From positions 3,968,001 to 4,032,000 of the forward strand of contig JBLDXI010000024.1 of NCBI GenBank assembly GCA_047495785.1: 64,000 nucleotides of DNA, read 5' to 3'. This DNA is from Lepidodermella squamata (lineage: Eukaryota; Animalia; Gastrotricha). Shown piece after piece: positions 46,613-59,167 of the stretch (its first letter is position 1; every line of letters begins with the position of its first letter). Below the pieces are notes generated by a model. The model searched no databases. It was not told the origin of the DNA and saw only the letters and a list, made by a program, of their open reading frames with translations. The translations under genes were made by a program, and so were the position numbers.

Positions 46613-46804
46613 CAATCTTTTTGCAAGCTCCTCCGGTTTTATTGCACAGGCGGAAATGTTATCCTAGACTGAGCAACCTAGCCATTACATCGAGAAAATC
46701 GATTGCTCTTTTGATGGTGGAAGATATCTCTGGATTGATTTGGCATGATTCGGTTCGAAACTCATATTTTGAGCTAAATCTGGATATGATTGTTTTTGGT
46801 CTTT

Positions 46805-46923
46805 CGCTTCTCTTCGAAGGAGAAGCCCAAGAAATCGCCCGAAGGCTCATTGAATGTTCCCACGCACGGAAATCTTTAGTAAAAGGCGAAAGATTTGTTC
46901 GTTTTGCGCGGAAACCAGAGTAT
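46805..46923 (-). ncRNA. RNU5: U5 snRNA copy 5
   Basis: Starts ATACTCTGG; full match. Confidence 0.95.
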
Positions 46924-47347
46924 TGTATATCAATTCAAAATGTTAGCCCGTTCTAAATAGGAATCCACATAGGACACCCAACTAATTAGCATATTCGTAA
47001 AGAGATAACCACAAGACAATTAAGGGACTGTCGACCCAAACAGCAGGTGTTTTTCAATTATTGGAACGGCTAACCGCAGCCAATGTTTCAATGCGCAAGT
47101 CGCTTTTGGCTCAACTGTTCTCGTGATGATGTTGAACGTTGAACCGCTCGTTAATTGTCGGCCAGGATAATCAACCTGCTGGGCGATCAACCATACAAAT
47201 ATGTTCCCTAGTTATAGAGTGGATTTGTAAAAATCTGAATACATTTTTATTTTTATATTAGCTGTCATTTTCAATGGGTTTCGTATTAGTTTCAACGCTA
47301 AAAAGTAAAGACGTTCTTCTGTCTATTTGCGATAGCCAGCATCGTGA

Positions 47348-48686
47348 TCATATTAGCATTTTGGCACCGTATCCTACAAAGATACCACCACCAACAGTGA
47401 ATGCTAAAACAGCGGCGGTAAGATCAAGCAATCGAATTAAGTTGATACCAGTATTAGCCCCCCGTGCAAAGACGCGCATTTTCGCGATCTTGTGAGTTGC
47501 TAGAAAACAAGTTGCCAGAGTGTACACTGTCAATAGCGCACAAATGATCACGAAAGCTACAACAATATTGATAAGATACACCTCTTGTGCGGTTCGAGGT
47601 ATCAGCGAGAAAATCAAGGTGAGAACAACGTACATTGAAAGATTCACGGTTATGCAGAACGCCGGACGATCAGGATGGTGTGGAGCCATGATCAGTCCCA
47701 CAATTTGCAGGATGAAAAGCATGCTCGTCGGTATAAAAACATTTCCGACGTAGTACTGATATTTCCGCTTAATGGTGAGTATTAGTGTCACATGATGAAA
47801 CCCGCCAGCATCCCAAGAAGATCCGTTGAAACTGACGAACGTCCAAATGTCATCGTCTCGCAACGGTTCATACCCGGCTTGAACGCCGACAGCATCGAGG
47901 GCAATCTCAACTTCATTGAGAAAATTTTGGGTTTCTATTTCAAACGTGCAAATTGCGTAGTCGAACGGGAATTTTGTGTAACTGAAGTTGAAGCAAACCG
48001 ATATGAAAGGTCGTAAACAGGAGATCAAAAATCGAGGTCCCCCGTCCCTTAATGGGCGAATTTTTATCAACCTCTCGCTAGAAAACAGGAAGAGACAATG
48101 ACATCTATAAAATAAATAAATAAACGAACTCTCTCATGGGTCGTGATTCGCCGATAGCATTAACATGTTGCAATTCCGGCCACCATACTGTATCGGCTGG
48201 AATCTCAAACTGGACTCGGTCAAGAATATCCTGAGGCAAATGCTCGTAGCCATACAGCAATTCCGATCTTATGTCCCTGCCGCACGGCATAATCCAAAAT
48301 AATCGGAACGCCATGGTAACCGTCATGCTTTTCAAGAAATGCTGTTAATAGCATAACAGGAATCTTAGAACTTAGAATGACAACCTCATTGATAAATCGT
48401 CGACATTGTTGATTTGCTGGATCATGGCAAAGAGGAAGCTTCTGATTGCATCGCTAAAATTGTTAGACCTCAAGTGCCATTCTGTAGGAAGGTTGCTCGA
48501 TTTGGCGATGGGACAGAGATGGAAAAATCGATCGCGAAATGTGTCGGCGTAACTCATGTTGACACTGAAATCTTCGCCATCTTTTAAGATGAATCTCGGT
48601 AAATTTTTGTCTATCGCCTGGTCATTCGTGGTAACTGCTGTTAACATATGGACAATGAGGCAAGCAACAATGAAGTGGCCATTCAT
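47348..48686 (-). CDS. Divergent Cys-loop ligand-gated ion channel subunit, paralog 2
   Basis: Same 3-exon structure as paralog 1; CFNFSYTKFPFDYAIC; four TM helices; intact. Confidence 0.88.
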
Positions 48687-49492
48687 TGTATAATAAGTGG
48701 AAAATCAGAGCCTTATAGAGAATATATCAATTTTTATTCGATCATTGAAAGTGCAGAAAGTGCAACGGCGCTACAGACTCGGTATTTTCTTTGCAGTTTA
48801 GGATGATCCGGATTGCGGCAAGTTGCTATTTCCGCTCATTTTAAGGTTAAGATTCACATATTCTATTATAAATATCTAGTTAATAAAAAACGCAGGCATT
48901 CCGATTTTTCTTGTCTATCTTTCATCTACCGTTTTAAAGGATGATTATATTGATTATCCGGATTAAAGTTGAGAGTATGCCCAAAGACAATTGAGTGGTG
49001 CAAAAGCCGAGAAGACTTGTGTTCAAAAGTTCAGCAGTGAATTGAGTTGATAAAGCTGTCGAGAGAAATAATTATTGTCTATGCTCTTTCCATGAAGATT
49101 TTTCTAAGCATAAATGCAATGATATTATGGTCCATGTGAAAGGATCTATAGACCGTAGGGACAGCAAACTCTTGTTTCAGTAATTCACATAACATTCGAA
49201 TTTGCGATATTCCTAATACCAGTCGATCCCGTTAGTAATTTGGCCACGTCGAGCACTCTACTATTGATTTGCTTCGTAAAACTGATGGTTTATTGTTCAC
49301 AAGGGGAACATTGTTCATCAAGGTCGATTAGTACAATTGCCTGTCTTAGTCATGTCACAATTGCCCTGCACGGAATGAGAACTGCATATACAAATAACTT
49401 GCCGAAAAAATATTCTCAAACGTAATTCGAACGCATAAATCGCCGTCGGCGCTGCAAAATAGGCTATGTCCACAAAACAACTTTTTGAGATA

Positions 49493-49666
49493 CAGTAGTT
49501 TTGCGTTTAGCCGGACACGACCCGCGCCAGACAATTTTGTCCGGCTAAATGAAAGTCCGGCTTAATGCAACTTTTTGTACGTAAAGTCATCGGTACGAGC
49601 CAAGCAAAGTTGTCCGTATTAACGCAAATCCAGCTTATTATAGTCCGGCTTAACGCAAAACTACTG
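49493..49666. mobile_element. 174-bp MITE of Tc1/pogo type
   Basis: TIRs CAGTAGTTTTGCGTTTAGCCGGAC / GTCCGGCTTAACGCAAAACTACTG flanked by a TA duplication; internal GTCCGGCT repeats. Confidence 0.85.
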
Positions 49667-50038
49667 TATATATTTTCAATTTCGAAAAAACGCAATTTTA
49701 CATCTTCGATCCCACAATCCGATTCGAGAAGAGCGCGGAACAAGCAGTTGAAGTCGACCTAGAAAAGCGCGCTCACTATGAGCCATGCGTGAAGAGAAGT
49801 ACAACCTAGTACAACGTACAACCTAGTCTCTATCGAAGTAATTGGCTTTGTTCGTTGGCGCCCGCGGCGGAATCTCGAAATTCTTCCGTGAATTCATCAA
49901 CAAGTCAACCTGCCCCAGTCAATCCTACCTGACATTGTCATCTCAGTTATGAAGGGCTCATGCAAAATAAGTAATAACCTGTACAACAAAAATTGTTAAA
50001 TGTAAATTCCTAGTTGAAAATGATTGTTTTTAGTCTTC

Positions 50039-50157
50039 CGCTTCTCTTCGAAGGAGAAGCCCAAGAAATCGCCCGAAGGCTCATTGAATGTTCCCACGCA
50101 CGGAAATCTTTAGTAAAAGGCGAAAGATTTGTTCGTTTTGCGCGGAAACCAGAGTAT
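50039..50157 (-). ncRNA. RNU5: U5 snRNA copy 6
   Basis: Same transcribed sequence as copy 5; conserved upstream elements. Confidence 0.95.
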
Positions 50158-50832
50158 ATATTAATATTTTAAAATGTTGAGCCCTTTCTAAGGTGGAATC
50201 CACGCAGCACATCCAACTCATTAGCATATTCGCAGCGAGAAAAACAGTTAACACAAACAAGAGACCCAACGTTGGTTTTTTCAATTCTATAAGGCGAACA
50301 GCTAACCTCAGCCGATTGCTTGCTGGTCGAAATCTAAATTTCTAAAACCAGAAGCCCATCATCTAAGCTAATTTATGATGAAAAGACCAGAGAACATTCA
50401 TGATTCAATTGAGCAACTTCAATGCGCAAGTTCGCTTTTGGCTCAACTGTTCCTGTGACTCGTGATAATGTTGAACGATGACTGGTTATTGCCGGTTATG
50501 GTTATTGCCGGTTGTAGGTCAGGCTAATCAAACCCTTGGGCAAGCAAGAAGCAACTAAACTCAATGCTCGCTAAAAGTTAAAGGATTTGTAAAAATCGGA
50601 ATACATCTTTATTTATATTATATGTGTCGTAGGCTAATAAGCAATTTAGTAGGATTGGGAATCCAACTAGTGTTTTGCCAATTTGCTCATAAACCTAGTT
50701 TAATATTCGGCAATAATTGATCCAATACACCAATTAGGATTAAATGGCAAAATATTGCTTGAGTAATCGAAAATTGTGAGATTCCAACCGTGAAGAAGGT
50801 CGGGGGTGGTTTTCTTGACCGTCCGGTCTCTT

Positions 50833-52344
50833 TTATTTCGCGGGATGGCAATGGCTCCACCTTACCAACATTTGAATTAAATTACGGCTCAAAAATAGCC
50901 AATGTGTCATTTTCACTGGGTTTTCTCTACGGTTAGATTCAACGGTAATAAGCAAAGACGTGCACACTGTACATGTCTGTTTACGATAGCCAGCATCGTA
51001 AAATCGTGTTCCCAATAGCATTTTCGCACCGTATCCTACAAAGATACTACCACCAACAGTGAATGCTAAAACAGCAGCGGTAAGATCAAGCAATCGAATT
51101 AAGTTGATGCCAGTATTAGCCCCCCGTGCAAAGACTCGCATTTTCGCGATCTTAAGAGTTGCCAGAAAACAAGCTGATAGGGTGTACACTGTCAAAAGCG
51201 CACAAATGACCATAAAAGCTACAACAATATTAATAAGATACACCTCTTGTGCGGTTCGAGGTATCAGGGAGAAAATCAAGGTGAGAACAACAGCCATTGA
51301 CAGATTCACAGTTACGCAGAACGTCGGACGGTCCGGGTGGTGTGGATCCATGATTAAGCCGACAATTTGCAGGAGGAATAAGGTAGTGGTCGGGATGAAA
51401 ACATTTCCGACGTAGTACTGATATTTCCGCTTAATGGTGAGTATTAGTGTCACATGATGAAACCCGCCAGCATCTGATGAAGAGCCGTTGAAGCTGATAA
51501 ACGTCCATATGTCGTCGTCTCGCAGTGGCTTATACCCAGGTTGAACGCCAACGCTATCGATGATAATCTCAACTTCATTGAGGACATTTTCGTTTTCGAT
51601 TTCGAACGTGCAAGTTGCGTAGTCGAAGGGGAATTTTGTGTAGCTGAAGTTGAAACAAACCGATATAAGAGGGCGCACGCAGTAAATAATAAATCGAGGT
51701 CCTCCGATTCGAAATGGGCGAACTTTTATCAACCTCTCGCTGGAAAAAAACATGGCAAATCACGAAAATAGTCCTTCAAATTCATAACGAACTCTCTCAA
51801 TGGTCGTGATTCGCCAATAGCGTTGATATGTTGCATATCCGGCCACCATACTGAATCAGACGGAATTTCAAACTGGACTCGGTCAAGAATATCCTGAGGC
51901 TGGTATTCGTAGCCATACAGCAAATCCGACCTAATGTCCCTACCGCAGGGCATAACCCAGAATATACGGAAAACCATCGAAACTGTCATGCTTTTCAAGA
52001 AAAAGCAATTAATAGCATCATAATCATCTTCAGAATGGCAACCTCATCGATAAATCGTCGACATTGTTGATTTGAAGAATCGATGCCATTAGGTAGCTTT
52101 TGATTGGGTCACTGAAATTGCCGGACCTCAAGTGCCACTCTGAAGGCAAATTGTTCGATTTAGCAATTGGACAGAGATGGAAAAATCGATCGCGAAAAAT
52201 GTTGGCGTAACTCATGTTGACACTGAAATCTTCGTCATCTCTGATGATGAATTTCGTTACGTTTTTGCCCATCGCTTGTCCATTTGTCGCAATTGCAGTA
52301 AACGTATTGACAATGAGACCAGCAACAAGGTAATGTCCAATCAT
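50833..52344 (-). CDS. Divergent Cys-loop ligand-gated ion channel subunit, paralog 3 (C-terminally extended)
   Basis: Same 3-exon structure; CFNFSYTKFPFDYATC; stop lost after M4, adding 59 aa. Confidence 0.85.
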
Positions 52345-53860
52345 TGTAATATGCGAGGAAATCAGTGCGGTATAGTATCACTTTTTATTCGAGGATCATT
52401 AAAAGCGCAGCAACGAATGCCACGGCCACGAATTCCTATTTTTTGCAGTATGCGATGATATTTATTATCCGGATTGCGGCAAGTTGCTATTTCCGCTTAT
52501 TTTGAGGTTAAGATGCACATATTCTAGAAGCATCTAATAAAAAAACGCAGACATTCTGATCTTTCTTATTTACCTTTTTTAAGGATGATTATATTGATTA
52601 TCCGGATCAAATGTGAGAGTACGCCCTAAGACAAATTAGTGATTCAAAAGCCGGTGCTCAAAAGTTCAGCAGCATTGAGTTGATCTGGTAATATTTAGGT
52701 CGAGAGAAGAAATTATTTTCTAAGCCCTTTCCATATAGATTCATCTAAGCATACAATGCAAATTATTGTCCTTGTGAAAGGTTAGAGACCGTGGGGACAA
52801 GCAACCTTACGTATCAACATTTCACATTAAATTCGAATTTGTGATCGTAATTATTGTCGATCCCGTTGATAATTTGGCCAAGTCGAGCATTCTACTATTG
52901 CTTTGCTTCGTAAAACTGACGGTTTATTGTTCACAAGGGAGGCATTGTTCTTCAAGGTCAATTAGTACAATTGCCTGCCATAGTTTTCCTGCACGGAATG
53001 AGAACGGCTTTAACAAAAATAGCCGAAAAAATCATCTTCAAATGTAATTCGAACGCATAAATGGATACTGTTGGCCTATGCTTTCTTGCGTGAGCCTTGC
53101 TTCTATTTTTTTAGCTCAATATAGAATCAAAAGAGCGGCTATCAGCCATCAATGAGTAAAGTCAGTTTTCCGCCGAGCCTGGTTTCGTGACGACTTACGC
53201 CGTAAAATTTGTAAATATTTCATTAATTCGGAATGAGCGCAAAGTTCTCATTTCGGATTTCGGGTTAAAAAGGAAGGAAATTTACGCTGTGAGCTAATAA
53301 CCTTATTCTCGCGACAGATTTGTACTTAGAGCTTAAAACAGTTGAAGAAAAACAGTGTTGGTGTGAAGAAACGGCAATAAATGATATCTGATTCTACCAC
53401 CTAGATGGAATCTCCTGGTGGCTGCCCTCCATAGACAATTTGAATGTGCCAGTTTTCGAATACTGGCCCGCTTTCAATATAAAACTGCTGCTTGTTCTGG
53501 TACTTCAGGTACTTCAAGGATAATGAGAGGTTAACGAGAAGCTATAGCTTTTCGAAACAAAAAGACACGATTGGAAAAATGCCATATTTTTATTTGTGGA
53601 ACAATATTTGAATTTCGTCGCAATATTCACTATACGACAACAATAATATTTCATTTAATTTATTCTTTATAGATAATTTTTATCTTTTACCACGCAATCC
53701 ACAAAAAAGTGCGATCTCTTTGAGAAATAATGGACGATCATAAACCATCACCAGGAATGGAGAAAATTAAACGCAAGAATATTCAGCAGTTTGCACACCT
53801 TCCGCCTAACGTGCAGAAAAATACCTGAGTGATCGAAAAAAATCCGCCTTAATATTTCGC

Positions 53861-56220
53861 TTATTCCTTTTCCGTAGCCTCCTGTTGAACGAAATGCGGG
53901 TACTTATCGTAGACCTCCTTCCAAAGGGTACGACCCGATGCAAGACCCTTCATCACGACGGCAACGTCATCAACCGGCAAGCGGACCTGTTCCATGGTGA
54001 TCAAATCACGCAGGGTGACTGTATTTTTGGTCAGCGTATCGAAATCAATGGTAACAGCGAACGGGATGCCGAGCTGGTCGGTACGCGCGTAACGCCTGCC
54101 GATCGCACCGCTGGCATCGTCGATTTTGTGGCTCAAATCCTCCTTTCGCAACGCCTCGGAAATTCGCTTGATGAACGGGTTGAACTCGTCTTTCGATGAC
54201 AGCGGCAAAATCGAGCACTTGTAAGGCGCGATAATTGGCGGCAGGGTGAGGTAAGTCCTAGCCTCGTCACCCTCGCGAACGCGGAAGTTGTGTTCGAAAA
54301 CGGCGTACATAATACGGCCGATACCGAAGGACGGCTCGATAACAGCCGGGACGAAATCTTCGACTTGAACAGTTTTCTGGGCACGTTTCACCGATAACAT
54401 CTCCTTTTCCAAGTCGAACTCAGCACCATCCTCCACCTTAACCTTAATGGCGCCAGCGCCGTTGTTGATTTTCTTATCCAACTCATTGACTTCGTCAACG
54501 GAAAGCGAACTGAGCTGTTTCACGATCTTGTTAACATCCGCCTTAAATTTCTTGGCAATCGCGCCCTTGTTTGGCACAACCTCGACAATATCGATAGTTT
54601 TCGACTTCTCCAAGTGGCGCTGGGCCATCAAACGAGCACCAGTCGCTTTCGAGTGCTGAGTCAAGTCGAAGCAAGAACGATCGGCGCAGCCGACGCATTC
54701 AACCCAACCGTAAGAGGTGAGACACTCAGCGTCCCAGCAATCAGAAGCGTAATGAGCCATTTCGTTTGACATGTGTTGCCTGAATCGGAAACGTTTCGGG
54801 TCAACGCCGACCTTGGTCATGAACAAATAAACACGGGCGAGGAAGTAGCCGAGGGTTTGGTTGTTAACCAGCTTCTTGTCAACAGCATCGCCAAATTTCC
54901 ATTTCTCAGCAGGTTTGCCGTCCATTTGATTGCAAGCAGAGTACAACATAACTTCAACATCTCGAACTGAGTCGAAACTCGGGTGCGACTTATCGATCGG
55001 GTCGCAGAAGTGTTCGATTTCAGCCATGGTGAATTCACGAACTCGAATAATGCCCGATCGCGGCGAGATTTCATTTCGGAACGAGTTACCAATTTGAGCG
55101 GCCGCGAATGGCAATCGGTTTTGATTGAATGTATACAAACGAGCAAAGTTGACAAAGATACCCTGAGCAGTTTCAGGCCTGAGATAACCGCGAACATTAC
55201 CAACAGGGCCGATTGAGGTTTTGAACATCAAATTGAATTCTTCGGGTGGGGTGAGAGGGTTGCCGGCTGAGGATTTCATGCCAAACCTTTGAATAACTTC
55301 TTCCATCTCTTTGCCACTCAAGTTGTCGATTTTTGGCAACAAATCTTCCGCAGCTTTTTTAACGTCTTCGGGGGTTTTCTTGTTGGCAATAAGCGCTTCA
55401 AGATTGGCTTCGATCAAATGATCAGCACGGAAGCAATCGCCGGTAACTGAATCTTTGCACATAAAATCGGCGAAACGATCAACGTGACCAGATGCCCTAT
55501 TACAGCAGCACATTAATTAATCGAACTAAGCTGAAAATAAAAAATTTACTTGAGAACAGGTTCAGGCGTCAACATGGAACAGTCAACTTCCAACATCTGC
55601 TCTTCAAGAACAAAGTGGCTCCGCCAAAATTGAAGTACATTTTGCTTGACAGCGCAGCCCATCGGACCGTAGTCATACAGGCCTTGAACACCACCATAGA
55701 TACCGAAAGATTGATCATAAAAGAATCGCTGCTTTAACAAATCCTCCAGCTTGAGACGATCGAACGCAGGGCCGGTGTGGTTTTTGGCAGCCAGTTCCAA
55801 TTCCTAAGACGCATCAGAGATTAGTACGGCATATATTAAGAGCTTATAATCAAAGGTTATTACCTTATCTTCAAGAATTTTCTTACGATGTTTCAGCTCG
55901 GAAACCGCGGCCATTACTTCCATTTCGGGGGACTTTTTCTCCTTTAATGACCGAACCAAATCGCCCTGCTCTTTGACACGAGCACGGAATGGGGCCAAAA
56001 TCTTTTCCGCTTCTTCCGACATTGTTTTTCTAAATTTATCTAAAAGACGCTCTTTTAGTTTTTTGGATCCCCATTTAGGTGGAGTGGTCAACAACAAAGT
56101 CGAAGTAGAATGGAACGCACGCCGATTACATTGAGAAACACAACGATGTAATAAAATACCAGCCACCGGTTTAGTGCAACGATAAAACTGATTGATTAGA
56201 ACATTGAGGGTAAAATACAT
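53861..56220 (-). CDS. GARS1: Glycyl-tRNA synthetase (mitochondrial/cytosolic); exons 56220-55864, 55803-55550, 55496-53861
   Basis: Presequence-like leader, WHEP domain ([12 protein letters not shown]), [36 protein letters not shown]. Confidence 0.97.
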
Positions 56221-57014
56221 GACTAAATGGGTATAAAAACACCACGTTTCAGGATTTTCATCGAAGTGTGCAATGTGCAATTGGACAACAATTACGAGAC
56301 TTTTATAAGAGACAAAGTCTTAGGCTGTATTACAAATGATCTTTGACTTGCATAGTTTTCTGATGAAATCACGCAAGATATTGAAAAATTCACTCATTTA
56401 TTATTGCATCAGCGATAAGAGCCAGGAGCAGATTTAGCTTCTTCTCGAGTCAGAGGAAATAAAGATATAAATTCGAGGCGTCCAGCAGCCAGCGGCCGGC
56501 AGGTTGTGTGAGCTGACTGGCCAAATATACGTGTCAGCCGTTAGAAACGTAACATTAACGAACGCTATGCTCATTGACTCGCCAGGTAGCGTCAGGTAAG
56601 CGACGGCACAGGCTCCGCGAAAGCCGCGTGAAACGCCAGTTTTTTCGGCCCGAAAACACGTGCCTAACCATTTTTAATTGAATCTAATTTTGATTTAATT
56701 ATATAATGCGTCGTTTAATAATGGTTTTATTGTGTTAGCATTTTGTGCAAAAAAATGTATCGCAATTTTTTAGTTTTAAAGGGTTACAAAACGGATCATG
56801 CTGAGTTCCGCAACTTCATGCTTTTCTTTCGAGACCGTCTTAAACGTTCTGAGACTGCTCGACTCTGTTCACCTGAGCTTTGTAAAGGTGGTTTCTACGA
56901 GTTACTTAGTGTGAAAACCTTATTTACTCTTGCCATTCATAGGGCGACTTATTCACGAAGTTGCAGCCGTTTTGAGTGAACGAATTGATCGTTCGCTGAC
57001 GGGAAAACAATTGA

Positions 57015-59015
<2,001 letters not shown>

Positions 59016-59167
59016 GAATCTGACAAAATTTCTGTGTTAATTCATTCAAGATTTCCAACTTCTTCTTCGTCACTGTTTTACGTGTAAATAACCGTATGAA
59101 TTCAATAAAGTTAATTTCTACGTCTACTAATTATTTTGTTTTCAATTTAGAGGGTTTATATTGAACG

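Noticed and set aside
46444-46956. 170-aa ORF, and similar short ORFs at 35724, 39298 and 44418
   Set aside because: Chance frames running across tRNA and U5 genes.
49905-49940. ctgccccagtcaatcctacctgacattgtc resembles antisense 28S rRNA
   Set aside because: Only about 30 nt with gaps; cannot be separated from chance without a search.
34547-50157. Six dispersed ~170-nt repeats as a SINE, MITE or CRISPR-like array
   Set aside because: They contain the invariant U5 loop 1 and conserved promoter elements, so they are U5 snRNA genes.
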